64,000 nucleotides of DNA, taken from the sequence record SRR22947725_2265. The stretch is one strand, 5' to 3'. Position 1 is the first letter of the stretch; each line of letters starts with the position of its first letter. Shown here one piece after another: positions 22,418 through 32,803 of this stretch. The notes below the pieces were generated by a model. It ran no database searches, was not told where the DNA came from, and was given only the letters and a program-made list of their open reading frames with translations. The translations under genes and the position numbers were made by a program.

Positions 22418-22810
22418 ATGCATAGCTACGAGCTGATGGTCATTATGGACCCCTCAGTAGAAGACCGCGATGTCGCCCCAACAATCGACAAGTACCTCAA
22501 GGTGATCACCGAAGCCGGTGGCACCGTGGACAAGATCGACATTTGGGGACGCCGCCGGATGACCTACGAAATCAAGAAGCACCAAGAGGGCATCTACGCA
22601 GTGATCAACGTAACGAGCACCTCAGAGGCAGTCAACGAGCTTGACCGCCAGCTGAAGCTCTCCGAGACCATCCTGCGCACCAAGGTGATGCGCCTGGAAG
22701 ACGCTGTTTTCAGCATCAACCCAATTGAGTTTGTACCCGAGCAGCGCTCCGAGCGCGGGCCTAGAAGCCCTCGTGGGGGAAAGCGTCCGGCTCGCGCCAA
22801 GGCTGACTAA
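22418..22810 (+). CDS. rpsF: 30S ribosomal protein S6
   Basis: YELMVI.DP, WGRRR..YEI, ELDRQL. Confidence 0.97.
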   Translation: MHSYELMVIMDPSVEDRDVAPTIDKYLKVITEAGGTVDKIDIWGRRRMTYEIKKHQEGIYAVINVTSTSEAVNELDRQLKLSETILRTKVMRLEDAVFSINPIEFVPEQRSERGPRSPRGGKRPARAKAD

Positions 22811-23295
22811 TGGCCGGCGAAGTCAACGTAACCATCATCGGCAACCTGGCTGACGACCCAGAGCTGCGCTACACCCAGAGCGGTGTTGCGGTTGTTTCTG
22901 TTCGAGTCGGCTCCACACCGCGCACCTTCAACCGCTCCACTAACGAGTGGGTTGACGGCGAGACGGTATGGGTTCGTTGCACCGCATGGCGCGAGGCAGC
23001 CGAGAATGTCGCACAGAGCCTGACCAAGGGAACCCGCGTGGTTGTCTCCGGTCGCCTGAAGGCACCTTCGGCCTACCAGACCGCACAGGGCGAGGCGCGA
23101 GCCTCACTCGAGCTTGAGATCGACGAGATCGGTCCAAGCCTGCGCTACGCAACCGCAGCCGTTACCCGCAGACCGCGCGATGGCGCAGTCGAGTCCCCAT
23201 GGGGCGGCGAGAAGCAGCAGCAGAGCATGACCGGCGGAGCAGACGCCTGGGCAAACCCAGCGACCGAAGCACCAGCCGACGAAGCACCGTTTTAG
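22810..23295 (+). CDS. ssb: Single-stranded DNA-binding protein
   Basis: [25 protein letters not shown] tip. Confidence 0.98.
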   Translation: MAGEVNVTIIGNLADDPELRYTQSGVAVVSVRVGSTPRTFNRSTNEWVDGETVWVRCTAWREAAENVAQSLTKGTRVVVSGRLKAPSAYQTAQGEARASLELEIDEIGPSLRYATAAVTRRPRDGAVESPWGGEKQQQSMTGGADAWANPATEAPADEAPF

Positions 23296-23320
23296 AAAGT
23301 CTTAGGAGAAAGAAAAGAAA

Positions 23321-23575
23321 ATGGCAGGAAAGTCAGCAGACCGCCGCAAGCGCACAATGGCGAAAAACCTAAAGCTTGCACCGGTCAAGACCATCAAGAT
23401 TGAGGTCATCGATTACAAGGACGTAGCAACGCTGCGTAAGTTCGTTTCTGACCGCGGCAAGATCCGCGCTCGTCGCATCACCGGAGCTACGGTGCAGGAC
23501 CAGCGCAAGATTGCCACGGCCATCAAGAATGCACGTGAGATGGCTCTTTTGCCATACTCCGGTGCTGGACGCTAG
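23321..23575 (+). CDS. rpsR: 30S ribosomal protein S18 (cysteine-free form)
   Basis: IDYKD..LRKF.SDRGKI..RRITG, ARE.ALLPY. Confidence 0.98.
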   Translation: MAGKSADRRKRTMAKNLKLAPVKTIKIEVIDYKDVATLRKFVSDRGKIRARRITGATVQDQRKIATAIKNAREMALLPYSGAGR

Positions 23576-23586
23576 GGAGTAACCGG

Positions 23587-24039
23587 ATGTCAAAGCTAAT
23601 TCTGACCAATGAGGTCTCCGGCCTTGGAAGTGCTGGCGATGTTGTTGAGGTGAAGGACGGTTACGCACGTAACTACCTGATTCCTCAGGGCCTCGCTGTT
23701 GCATGGACTAAGGGTGGCGAGAAGCAGGTCACCTCTATTCAGGCCGCCAGGCAGGCCAGGGCAATTGCCACCGAAGAGGAGGCAAGAAGCCTGAAGGACA
23801 AGCTTGAGGCCGCACCAATCAAGGTGAGCATGAAGGCCGGTCCAAACGGACGCCTATTCGGCGCTGTCAAGACCGCCGATGTCGCAGAAGCCGTCAAGGC
23901 TCAGGGCATTGGTGAGATTGACAAGCGCAAGGTTGAGCTCACCGGCTCGATCCGCTCCACCGGTAAGTACGAGGCGACTGTTCGCCTCAGCGCAGAGCTA
24001 GTCGCAAGACTTGCACTGCAGGTGGTTGCCGCCAAGTAA
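23587..24039 (+). CDS. rplI: 50S ribosomal protein L9
   Basis: [25 protein letters not shown]. Confidence 0.98.
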   Translation: MSKLILTNEVSGLGSAGDVVEVKDGYARNYLIPQGLAVAWTKGGEKQVTSIQAARQARAIATEEEARSLKDKLEAAPIKVSMKAGPNGRLFGAVKTADVAEAVKAQGIGEIDKRKVELTGSIRSTGKYEATVRLSAELVARLALQVVAAK

Positions 24040-24048
24040 ACAAAGGCT

Positions 24049-24090
24049 AAATAGAGACGACCCGCCACGCCGCGGGTCGTTTCTATTTTC
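24049..24090 (+). terminator. Intrinsic terminator after rplI
   Basis: AAATAGAGACGACCCGC-loop-GCGGGTCGTTTCTATTT. Confidence 0.8.
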
Positions 24091-24096
24091 GGGGGG

Positions 24097-24261
24097 TTAT
24101 CCACAACTCTCAGGTGAAACTTTAGAGTTTTCAAGTTTTTAGTTATGCACAGCTGCATCCCTGTAATTTACTGGGCTGTGGTCAGTTTGGAGAAAGTTAT
24201 CCACAGACTTTCCACAGGTAACTACGGCGTGTTTCCACAGGGTTATCCACAATTATCCACA
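24097..24261 (+). promoter_or_regulatory. Third DnaA-box array, upstream of dnaB
   Basis: TTATCCACA at 24097, 24197, 24243 and 24253; near-boxes at 24143, 24208 and 24231. Confidence 0.85.
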
Positions 24262-24329
24262 GGTCGATTTGAAAGTTAACTGTCATACCCTGAAGCTATA
24301 CAAGACTCAGTCAATCCAAAGGGGTAAAT

Positions 24330-25673
24330 ATGTCGATGTTGGCTCCGGTTTCTTCCGGTGATCCAAGGGTCGCTCCCAACAACATGGAGGCTGAGCAGTC
24401 CACCCTAGGCGGAATGCTTCTTAGCCAGGAGGCCGTCGCGGACGTTCTAGAGGTGGTTTCGGGTGTTGACTTCTACGCCCCAAAGCACGAACTGATCTTC
24501 AACGCCGTGGTGACGCTGTTTGGACGCGGCGAACCCACCGACGTGATCGCGGTCACGGACTACCTAAACAAAGAGGGCAACCTGCTCAAGGCAGGTGGTG
24601 CGGACTACCTGCACTCGTTGACGAGCTTCGTTCCCACGGCTGCAAATGCCAGCTACTACGGCAAGATCGTCGCCGATAAGGCAATTCTGAGAAGGCTTAT
24701 CGATGCCGGGACCAGAATCGCCCAGTCCGGCTACGAGAGCCAGGGTGAGGTTGAGGACCTTGTAAACCAGGCCCAGTCCGAGATATTTCAGGTGGCAACT
24801 CAGTCCACCAAGGAGGACTATGTCGGTCTGAGCGAGTCAATAGATGTCGCAATTCGCGATATCGAGATGGCTCAGAACCGCGGCGGCGAGCTAACCGGCA
24901 TCTCCACTGGATTTAGCAACCTTGACGCCTACACCCACGGACTCCACCCCGGCCAGCTGGTCATCGTTGCCGCTCGGCCCTCGGTTGGTAAGTCGACGTT
25001 TGCTCTGGACATGGCCAGGAATGCTGCCATCAAGCAGAACAAACCCACAATCTTCTTCTCACTGGAAATGGGCCGCTCCGAAATAGCGATGAGAATGCTC
25101 AGCGCTCAGAGCGGCATCTACCTGCAGAGCATGCGCAAGGGAACCCTTAGCGAGGGCGACTGGGCAAAGCTCGCCGGTGTCAGGGGGCAAATTAACGATG
25201 CCCCGCTGTTCATCGACGACAGCCCAAATATGTCCCTAGTTGAGATTCGTGCAAAGTGCCGCCGTTTGGCGCAGCAGGTTGATCTGAAGATGGTGGTCAT
25301 TGACTACATCCAGCTGATGTCCAGCGGAAAGAAGGTTGAGTCGAGGCAGCAAGAGGTGTCCGAGTTCTCCAGGGCGCTGAAGCTATTGGCCAAAGAGCTC
25401 AATATTCCCGTGGTTGCCCTTTCTCAGCTCAACCGTCAGGCGGAGCAGTCAAAGGACAAGCGTCCCGAGCTCTCTCACCTTCGTGAGTCCGGATCGCTGG
25501 AGCAGGATGCCGACGTCGTCGTCCTGCTTCACCGCGAGGGAATCTTCGAGCGCGACCACCCCAAGGCAGGCGAGGCAGACCTAATTCTTGCCAAGCAGCG
25601 AAATGGACCCACGGGAACCGTGACGGTTGCCTTCCAGGGCCAGTACTCGCGCTTTGCAAATATGCCAAGCTAA
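24330..25673 (+). CDS. dnaB: Replicative DNA helicase (no intein)
   Basis: AEQS.LG, ARPSVGKS, IDYIQL, LSQLNR, LRESGSLEQDAD, KQRNGP. Confidence 0.99.
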   Translation: MSMLAPVSSGDPRVAPNNMEAEQSTLGGMLLSQEAVADVLEVVSGVDFYAPKHELIFNAVVTLFGRGEPTDVIAVTDYLNKEGNLLKAGGADYLHSLTSFVPTAANASYYGKIVADKAILRRLIDAGTRIAQSGYESQGEVEDLVNQAQSEIFQVATQSTKEDYVGLSESIDVAIRDIEMAQNRGGELTGISTGFSNLDAYTHGLHPGQLVIVAARPSVGKSTFALDMARNAAIKQNKPTIFFSLEMGRSEIAMRMLSAQSGIYLQSMRKGTLSEGDWAKLAGVRGQINDAPLFIDDSPNMSLVEIRAKCRRLAQQVDLKMVVIDYIQLMSSGKKVESRQQEVSEFSRALKLLAKELNIPVVALSQLNRQAEQSKDKRPELSHLRESGSLEQDADVVVLLHREGIFERDHPKAGEADLILAKQRNGPTGTVTVAFQGQYSRFANMPS

Positions 25674-25677
25674 CCAG

Positions 25678-26184
25678 GTGCGTCTTCACCTAGGCCTTCG
25701 GGCGATTGCCTCTTTACCCCTTGGGCTGTTTATTACCTTTTTCCAGGCCCATGGCCCTGATGTCGGCTCGATCATGCTTGCGGCGTTTAGTGGCGCTATG
25801 GCGCTAGGCAACCTCGCCTTCTTGCTCGCAAAACAGCAGACGATGGCAGAGGCAACCAGCACTTTGGCCTACCTACCGGTGTTGCTACTGAGCCTCTTCG
25901 CACTTTTCCAGCCAGAAGAGGTCTCTCTTGCTCTGTTTATAACCGGGGTTGCGCTGCTGGGTGTGCTGACCGCGGCCTTTGAGGGCTACCGGGCGAAGGC
26001 CGTAGGACTATCGACCAGGGACGGTAGGGACCTGCTTATCAGCGCCCTGATCGCCCTCGCACTCGGCCTGATGTTCCTAATTGCGACCCTCGACTCGGTG
26101 AGTGCGGTCGGTTTCTTCGGGGCATACCTGATTCTGTTTGGGGTCCACTGGGGCATTGCAAGTGCGACCCCTGGGAGCAAGTAG
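25678..26184 (+). CDS. Hypothetical multi-pass membrane protein
   Basis: About 6 hydrophobic segments; start estimated at GTG 25678. Confidence 0.7.
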   Translation: MRLHLGLRAIASLPLGLFITFFQAHGPDVGSIMLAAFSGAMALGNLAFLLAKQQTMAEATSTLAYLPVLLLSLFALFQPEEVSLALFITGVALLGVLTAAFEGYRAKAVGLSTRDGRDLLISALIALALGLMFLIATLDSVSAVGFFGAYLILFGVHWGIASATPGSK

Positions 26185-26193
26185 GCTTTTGGC

Positions 26194-26406
26194 GTGAGGC
26201 GATTTGCAAACTTGAAGACCTATCTGGGTCTATCGACCGTAGCCTCCATATTTGTCGGCATCATTGTGGCCTTTGGGACCCGCCAGACCGACCCAACAAT
26301 CATTTCCGTCCTGGCAACGTTTATCGTTTCGATTGTCATTATTGCCACACTCGATTTGAGCTTCAAAGAAGACGAGCAGGATCCAAATACCCCGAGGCTG
26401 CGCTAG
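26194..26406 (+). CDS. Small two-TM hypothetical protein
   Basis: Two hydrophobic helices; TAGGCT-N6-GTG leaderless signature. Confidence 0.65.
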   Translation: MRRFANLKTYLGLSTVASIFVGIIVAFGTRQTDPTIISVLATFIVSIVIIATLDLSFKEDEQDPNTPRLR

Positions 26407-27791
26407 TTAGCTACTAGCTTTGCAAGCTCTGCTGCAAGGCCAAGGTAGGTCTGTGGCTTTAGAACCAACAAGCGCTCCTTGGTAGCTTTGGAAATATCAA
26501 GCCCATCAACAAAGGCCTTCAGGTCTTCATCGGTAATCCGCTTACCCCTGGTCAGCTCCTTGAGAAGCGCGTAAGGGTCTTTGATCTCGCTTTCACCCCT
26601 TGCGACATCTGCTCTAATGGCGCTCTGAATTGCTTCTCCCAGGACTTCCCAGTTCTCCAGTAGGTCGGTTAGCAAGGCGGCCTCATTGACAGCGAGCTCA
26701 TCCAGACCCTTGGTCAGGTTGTCGATTGCAAGCAACGAGTGCCCGAAGCCGACCCCAATGTTTCTCTGAGCGCTCGAGTCGGTTAGGTCGCGCTGCAGTC
26801 TCGAAGTCACGAGCGTGGAGGCGAGAGAGTCCAAGATTGCGAGCGACATCTCCAGGTTCGCCTCCGCATTTTCAAACCTGATGGGGTTGATTTTGTGGGG
26901 CATCGTTGAAGATCCAGTGGCGCCCTTCACAGGTATCTGCTTGAAGTAGTTGATTGAGATGTAGGACCAGATGTCGGTTGCGAAGTTGTGGAGAATGCGA
27001 TTGACATGCCCCATCTTTTGGTAGAGCTCTGCCTGCCAGTCGTGGGATTCGATCTGCGTGGTTAGGGGGTTGTGGGTGAGCCCAAGTGACTCGACAAAAC
27101 CCTTCGATTGCTCTGGCCAATCAACATCTGGTGCTGCAACTAGGTGGGCAGCGAAGGTGCCAGTGGCACCGGAGAACTTTCCGAGGAAAGCCTGGCCATC
27201 AATCCGAGAGAGCTGCCGCTGGAGCCTGAAGACGAAGACGGCCAGCTCCTTGCCCAGGGTGGTTGGGGTGGCCGGCTGGCCGTGGGTGCGAGAGAGCATT
27301 GGCGCAGCTGCAGTCTCTTGCGAGAGCCCGCGCAATTTTTCGAGTAGCAACTTCACCGAAGGAAGCCAGACCTTCTCCAGAGCGTCTCGAATAGTCAGCG
27401 CGTAGGCGAGGTTGTTGATGTCTTCGGAGGTGCAGGCAAAGTGAACCAGCTCGTTTAGGTCAGCTCTTCCCATCGCCTCGAGCTTGTTGCGAATGAAGTA
27501 CTCGACGGCCTTGACGTCGTGGCGGGTGGTGGCCTCTATCTCGCCCAGTGCTTTTACGTCTGAGTCGGAGAAGTCTTCGTAGACCGCGCGTAGCCCGGCG
27601 ACCTCTTTCTCGCTCAGCGACGCACCGCCACCGAGTAGGTCTTTTTCGACGAGCCAGATTAGCCATTCAATTTCAACCTGGATTCTTGCTCGATTGAGAC
27701 CTGCCTCACTGAGGTAGAGGCCAAGGTCGCCGACCTGAGAGCGGTAGCGACCATCTAGGGGGCTTAGCGGTTGGCTCGAGAGTTTGCTCAC
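26403..27791 (-). CDS. purB: Adenylosuccinate lyase
   Basis: LSPLDGRY, HDVKAVEY, RTHGQ, GSSTMPHK.NP; start estimated at GTG 27791. Confidence 0.97.
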   Translation of the reverse strand: MSKLSSQPLSPLDGRYRSQVGDLGLYLSEAGLNRARIQVEIEWLIWLVEKDLLGGGASLSEKEVAGLRAVYEDFSDSDVKALGEIEATTRHDVKAVEYFIRNKLEAMGRADLNELVHFACTSEDINNLAYALTIRDALEKVWLPSVKLLLEKLRGLSQETAAAPMLSRTHGQPATPTTLGKELAVFVFRLQRQLSRIDGQAFLGKFSGATGTFAAHLVAAPDVDWPEQSKGFVESLGLTHNPLTTQIESHDWQAELYQKMGHVNRILHNFATDIWSYISINYFKQIPVKGATGSSTMPHKINPIRFENAEANLEMSLAILDSLASTLVTSRLQRDLTDSSAQRNIGVGFGHSLLAIDNLTKGLDELAVNEAALLTDLLENWEVLGEAIQSAIRADVARGESEIKDPYALLKELTRGKRITDEDLKAFVDGLDISKATKERLLVLKPQTYLGLAAELAKLVAN

Positions 27792-27859
27792 GTGCCCATT
27801 TTGCCCCATCGGAGGTTAGATGCCTCGCTGCTGGGTAAAGAGTTGGCTTTTTGCCGTTG

Positions 27860-28285
27860 CTACTTGATTTTGAGAATTCTAAGGACGGAGCGGGTGAGGA
27901 AGCTCGCGATGCTCATCACGATGGCCGCCAGAATTGCCCAGCCAAGGCTGTCAATCGTCAGCCCTTCGGAGGTGAATCCCTCGATAGTTAGGATCTCAGA
28001 GCCAATTAGGCCGCTGAGCCACGCCACTAAGAGCAGCATCGCACCATTAATAACAAAGGCAATCAGGCCAAAGGTGATGATGTAGAGCGGGAAGGCCAGG
28101 ACCTTTATGACCGGCGCAATCACTGCGTTCACGATTCCGAACATCGCACCAATCAGCAAAAACGATGCGATGGTCTCCCAAACACCATCTCCCCCATAGG
28201 GAGTGATGTTGACCTGTGGCACCAGCGAGGTGGCAACAAAGAGCCCTACGGCATTGACAATGGTGGAGACGAGAAAGCGCAACAT
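27860..28285 (-). CDS. 4-TM membrane protein of the phage-holin-4/DUF360 family
   Basis: G.VNA...P...LA.P..I.T.GL...VIN..ML motif. Confidence 0.8.
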   Translation of the reverse strand: MLRFLVSTIVNAVGLFVATSLVPQVNITPYGGDGVWETIASFLLIGAMFGIVNAVIAPVIKVLAFPLYIITFGLIAFVINGAMLLLVAWLSGLIGSEILTIEGFTSEGLTIDSLGWAILAAIVMSIASFLTRSVLRILKIK

Positions 28286-28323
28286 AGGGCCATTCTCTCA
28301 GTAGGGTCGCTAAATTAGGTCAC

Positions 28324-29439
28324 GTGACCCCCGCAACCGAACCAATGCTGCAGCTATTGGCGCCTGACGGCAGCTATGGGGTCGAGAAGGAATACGCCCG
28401 CTACGGCGAGGTAATTGATTCGCTCGGCGAGGACCAGCTCAAGACCTTCTATAGAGACATGGCCCGGATTCGGCGTTTTGATCAGGAGGCAATTGCTCTC
28501 CAGCGTCAAGGGCAACTCGGGCTCTGGGTGCCGGCAATAGGCCAGGAGGCCGCCCAGATTGGCTCAGGTTATGCGGTTGGTAAGAACGACCACATCTTCC
28601 CAAGCTATCGAGAGCACGGAGTTGCCATCACGCACGGCGTTGAGCTGATGTCCATACTCAAGATGATGCGTGGGGTAAACCACGGAGGTTGGAACCCAGA
28701 GGAAACTCGCTTCCACCTTTACGCAATCGTGCTCGGCTCTCAGGTGCTGCATGCCGTTGGTTATGCAATGGGAGTAAAGCTTGATGGCAGGGTGGGAACC
28801 GGAGATCTTGATAACGACCTGGCGGTCATTTCTTACTTCGGAGATGGTGCGACCGCCGAGGGTGATGTCTCAGAATCTTTGCTGTTTGCCGCGGTAAACG
28901 AGGCTCCAATTGTCTTTTTCATCCAAAACAATCAGTGGGCGATTTCGTCAAACATCGCCTCCCAAACCAAGGTCCCGCTTTATCGCAGGGGTGAGGGGTT
29001 TGGTGTCCCAGGCCTGCGCGTGGATGGCAACGATGTGCTTGCCTGCTACGCAGCAACCAAGATTCACATGGACGAGGCAAGGGAAGGCAAAGGCCCCTAC
29101 CTGCTTGAGGCGCTGACCTATCGCATCGGTGCCCATACCACCAGTGACGACCCCACAAAGTATCGGGACGAGGAAGAGGTCGAATACTGGCGCCAGCGCG
29201 ACCCGATTGCAAGGTTTGAGGTGTTTCTAAGGCGACAGGGAGTCGACGAGGACTTCTTCGAAGAGGTTGCGGTTGCCGGTGACGAGCTCGCCAAGGACAT
29301 CAGAGAGCAAACCTTCGCCCTCCAAAAGCCGCCGCTTGAGAGCATCTTTGACAATGTCTATTCGGACGACCACCCAGAGATAAACGCCCAAAGAGCCTGG
29401 CTCCGCGCCTATGAGGATCAGATGGGTGGCCATGAGTAA
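28324..29439 (+). CDS. pdhA: Pyruvate/branched-chain 2-oxoacid dehydrogenase E1 alpha
   Basis: GQEAAQ, GDGA...NNQWAIS ThDP motif, YR.GAHTTSDD. Confidence 0.9.
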   Translation: MTPATEPMLQLLAPDGSYGVEKEYARYGEVIDSLGEDQLKTFYRDMARIRRFDQEAIALQRQGQLGLWVPAIGQEAAQIGSGYAVGKNDHIFPSYREHGVAITHGVELMSILKMMRGVNHGGWNPEETRFHLYAIVLGSQVLHAVGYAMGVKLDGRVGTGDLDNDLAVISYFGDGATAEGDVSESLLFAAVNEAPIVFFIQNNQWAISSNIASQTKVPLYRRGEGFGVPGLRVDGNDVLACYAATKIHMDEAREGKGPYLLEALTYRIGAHTTSDDPTKYRDEEEVEYWRQRDPIARFEVFLRRQGVDEDFFEEVAVAGDELAKDIREQTFALQKPPLESIFDNVYSDDHPEINAQRAWLRAYEDQMGGHE

Positions 29440-30415
29440 CTATCAGGAGATGGCCATCGCCAAGGCCCTCAATTCGGGCCTTAGAAAGGCCATGCAGCGC
29501 GATGAAAAAGTCCTGGTTTTTGGCGAGGACGTAGCGAGGCTGGGCGGAGTCTTCCGGGTTACCGAGGGCCTGCTTGACGAGTTTGGCGACAGCCGAATCT
29601 TCAACTCCCCTATCGCTGAGTCGGGAATTGTGGGAACCGCAATCGGTCTTGCGATGCGCGGCTATCGCTCGGTTGCCGAGATTCAGTTTGACGGCTTTGT
29701 CTTTCCAGCCTTCAACCAAATCACCACCCAGCTGGCGCGGTTGACATATCGCTCAGAGGGTTTCCAGCAGATGCCTGTGGTTATTCGCATCCCGGTTGGT
29801 GGTGGCATTGGCGCTGTCGAACACCACTCGGAGAGCCCAGAGGCCTACTTCGCTCACACCCCAGGTCTTCGGGTGGTCTCACCATCGAACCCCAACGATG
29901 CCTACTGGATGATTCAGCAGGCTATTGAATCGCCAGACCCAGTCATTTTCCTAGAGCCCAAACGTCGCTACTGGCAAAAGGGCCCGGTAAACCTAGACAC
30001 CGCGCCGCTACCCCTGCACTCTGCAAGGATGCTGCGAGAGGGGACCGACCTCACTCTTATCGCTCATGGGCCCATGGTCGCAACTGCCCTGCAAGCAGCT
30101 GAGCTGGGAGCCGAAGAGGGAATCAGCATCGAGGTCATCGACTTGCGCTCACTGTCTCCGGTTGATTACCCAACCCTGCTGGCTTCGGTGCAGAAGACCT
30201 CGAGGGTAGTTATCGCCCAGGAGGCTCCTAACAATGTGAGCCTTGGTTCTGAGATTGCCGCCCGCATCGCGGAGCAGGCCTACTACTACCTTGAGGCACC
30301 GGTGATTCGGGTTGGCGGTTTTGACACCCCCTACCCCCCTGCCAAGCTCGAGGAGGAGTACCTCCCGGATGCAGACCGCATCCTCGAGGCCGTTGATAGG
30401 GTTTTGGCTTACTAG
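29432..30415 (+). CDS. pdhB: 2-oxoacid dehydrogenase E1 beta
   Basis: GEDV...GGVFR.T, EIQF, EHHSESPE; start ATG 29432. Confidence 0.9.
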   Translation: MSNYQEMAIAKALNSGLRKAMQRDEKVLVFGEDVARLGGVFRVTEGLLDEFGDSRIFNSPIAESGIVGTAIGLAMRGYRSVAEIQFDGFVFPAFNQITTQLARLTYRSEGFQQMPVVIRIPVGGGIGAVEHHSESPEAYFAHTPGLRVVSPSNPNDAYWMIQQAIESPDPVIFLEPKRRYWQKGPVNLDTAPLPLHSARMLREGTDLTLIAHGPMVATALQAAELGAEEGISIEVIDLRSLSPVDYPTLLASVQKTSRVVIAQEAPNNVSLGSEIAARIAEQAYYYLEAPVIRVGGFDTPYPPAKLEEEYLPDADRILEAVDRVLAY

Positions 30416-30424
30416 GGAGAGATC

Positions 30425-31723
30425 ATGAGCATTGCTAAGTTCCCACTTCCCGATGTCGGGGAAGGCCTCACCGAGGCCGAGATCGTCTCCTGGCGCGTTT
30501 CTCCCGGCGACAAGGTCGCAGTCAACCAAACAATCTGTGAAATTGAGACCGCTAAGTCTGTGGTTGAGCTGCCATGTCCTTTTGAGGGCGAGGTTTCGGA
30601 GCTGCTGGTGGCAGAGGGCGACACGGTAGAGGTTGGAACCCCAATAATCTCGGTGGTGGTTCAGGGCAATGCGCCACTGCTATCGGAGCCGGATGCTCCA
30701 GCCAACGAGCCAGAGGGCGACACCGGAGCCGAATACAAGCTTCCCAACCTCGTGGGCTACGGAGACTCCGGGGACGTGAAGTCCCGGAGAAAGCGCGCGG
30801 TCAATACCGCCCCGATTTCAACCGCAATACCGGTATCAATGGTCAAGGCGGCAGCGGCGTCAGATGCTGTTATGGCAAAGCCACCGATTCGCAAGCTTGC
30901 CAAGGATTTGGGCGTTGATCTGGCGAGTGTGACCGGCACCGGAATGCATGGCGAGATCACCCGCGAAGACGTTGTTGGGTCTGCGTCTCAGGCCTCGGTG
31001 TTCAAGAACCTGACAACCCCTCAGCAGCCGAGCGAGCGCGAGGAGCGTATACCGGTCAAGGGTGTGCGCAAGGCAATTGCCACCGCAATGGTCAAGAGCG
31101 CATTTACCGCCCCACACGTCAGCATCTTTGTGGATGTCGATGCCACCAGAACCATGGAGTATGTAAAGCGGCTAAAGGCTTCGGTTGACTTTGCCGGCAT
31201 CAAGGTCACGCCGCTTTTGATCATGGCCAAGGCGATGATCTGGGCTGTTCGCAGAAATCCAATGGTGAATTCGACCTGGACTGACAAAGAGATCATCGTT
31301 CACAACTTTGTGAATCTCGGCATCGCAGCCGCCACACCCAGGGGCCTGATAGTTCCAAACATCAAGGACGCGGACTCAATGAACATGCTCGAGCTGGCCC
31401 AGGCCATCGAGCAGCTCGCCGCCACCGCCAGAGACGGTAAGACCACTCCCGAGGAGATGGCCGAGGGAACGATAACGATAACCAACATTGGTGTCTTCGG
31501 AGTCGACACCGGCACGCCAATCCTGAATCCCGGCGAGGTTTCGATTGTTGCGCTCGGGTCAATTCGAAAAAAGCCCTGGGTTGTTGATGACGAGATTGTG
31601 GTCAGGCAAATTACAACTATCGGCGCGACCTTTGACCACCGCGTGGTCGATGGTGATGTTGCATCTAGGTTTGTGCAGGATGTCGCAAGCGTTATTGAGG
31701 AACCCGCGCTGCTCCTTGACTAA
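30425..31723 (+). CDS. pdhC: Dihydrolipoamide acyltransferase E2
   Basis: Lipoyl domain ETAKS, E3-binding domain, DHRVVDG. Confidence 0.9.
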   Translation: MSIAKFPLPDVGEGLTEAEIVSWRVSPGDKVAVNQTICEIETAKSVVELPCPFEGEVSELLVAEGDTVEVGTPIISVVVQGNAPLLSEPDAPANEPEGDTGAEYKLPNLVGYGDSGDVKSRRKRAVNTAPISTAIPVSMVKAAAASDAVMAKPPIRKLAKDLGVDLASVTGTGMHGEITREDVVGSASQASVFKNLTTPQQPSEREERIPVKGVRKAIATAMVKSAFTAPHVSIFVDVDATRTMEYVKRLKASVDFAGIKVTPLLIMAKAMIWAVRRNPMVNSTWTDKEIIVHNFVNLGIAAATPRGLIVPNIKDADSMNMLELAQAIEQLAATARDGKTTPEEMAEGTITITNIGVFGVDTGTPILNPGEVSIVALGSIRKKPWVVDDEIVVRQITTIGATFDHRVVDGDVASRFVQDVASVIEEPALLLD

Positions 31724-31728
31724 TTGCA

Positions 31729-31759
31729 ATTGACAATCATTTTCAATAGTGGTTAGTAT
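31729..31759 (+). promoter_or_regulatory. Zur box overlapping the znuA promoter
   Basis: Palindrome ATTGACAATCATTTTCAAT (31729-31747) covers TTGACA; TAGTAT lies 18 bp later and 6 nt before the ATG. Confidence 0.85.
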
Positions 31760-31765
31760 TTAGTC

Positions 31766-32803
31766 ATGCGTTCTTGGATAAAAATTATTGGCTCTGCCCT
31801 CACCGTCGCTTTTGTTGCCGCCGGTCTCTACACAATCTTCGTGAACTTCACCACCACAGGCGACCCCGAGGGCGACCCCTCAGCCCAGCCTTCGCCAACC
31901 CTCACTCGCGAGGGTGACACCGGAGCTATAAAGGTCGCGACATCGACCAATGTCTGGGCATCGGTAGTCGAGATTCTTGGCGGCGAGTGGGTTGAGGTCA
32001 CCGCGATCATCAATGACCCGCTGCAAGACCCACACTCTTATGAGGCATCCGCCAGGGATCAGCTCACTCTCAGCGAGGCTGAGCTTGTCATTGCCAACGG
32101 TGGAGGTTACGACGAGTTTGTGGATCAGCTGCTTTCGGCACTGGATGGCGAGCGAGTTTTCCTCGAGCTGGTCGAAGGAGAGCATTCCCACCTTGGCGAG
32201 GAGGAGCACTCCGAAGAGGACCATGAAGCTGAGGAGAGTGAGGAATCTCACTCCGAAGACCACGCTGACGAGCACGACCACGGCAATGAGCACATTTGGT
32301 ATGACATCCACGCAGTGGAAGAGGCGTCAGAGATGATCGTTGAGGCCATCACCGAGCTCAGGCCAGAGAGCTTCGATCAGGTGAATCGAAACTTTGACTT
32401 CTTTATGGCGGAGCTTGAGAACCTAGAGGTTCGACTTGAGGCACTGCGTGAGAAGGCTTTGGGGCTTGGCTTCATAGCAACGGAGGGAGTCGGGAACCTG
32501 CTCCTGGAGGAAGCCGGGTTCCTAAATCAAACCCCTGAGGCTCTTGCAGATGCCATTGAAGAGGAGCGAGAGGTTCCAGCAGCTGCGCTGAAGCAGGCAC
32601 AGGATCTAATCGCCGGAAAAGTTGTTTCCTTGGTGGTTGTGAACGAGCAGCAGCTCGATCAGGTCAGCGACTTGCTTGTTGATGCCGCCCAGGCAGCGGG
32701 TGTTCCTGTTGTTGAACTCAGCGAACTGATCTCAGATCCCGACAAGGACTACCTGGATTGGATGGCCAGCGTTCTAGACCAGCTGCAAGAGGCCGTTTAC
32801 TAG
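31766..32803 (+). CDS. znuA: Zinc ABC transporter substrate-binding protein
   Basis: DPHSYE, NG.GYD, His/Glu-rich loop, NEHIWY. Confidence 0.9.
   Translation: MRSWIKIIGSALTVAFVAAGLYTIFVNFTTTGDPEGDPSAQPSPTLTREGDTGAIKVATSTNVWASVVEILGGEWVEVTAIINDPLQDPHSYEASARDQLTLSEAELVIANGGGYDEFVDQLLSALDGERVFLELVEGEHSHLGEEEHSEEDHEAEESEESHSEDHADEHDHGNEHIWYDIHAVEEASEMIVEAITELRPESFDQVNRNFDFFMAELENLEVRLEALREKALGLGFIATEGVGNLLLEEAGFLNQTPEALADAIEEEREVPAAALKQAQDLIAGKVVSLVVVNEQQLDQVSDLLVDAAQAAGVPVVELSELISDPDKDYLDWMASVLDQLQEAVY

Noticed and set aside
24107..24120. parS-like CTCTCAGGTGAAAC inside the dnaB array
   Set aside because: Three mismatches, all in one half-site; too degenerate to call
24091..24329. dnaB array as the primary oriC
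   Set aside because: The canonical dnaA-dnaN spacer already has boxes plus an AT-rich tract; kept only as an accessory DnaA locus
27860..28285. Holin-family gene as a prophage remnant
   Set aside because: No integrase, endolysin or structural genes nearby; the family is common on actinobacterial chromosomes
32170..32295. GAG/CAC-rich repeat-like tract
   Set aside because: Encodes the normal His/Glu-rich loop of ZnuA
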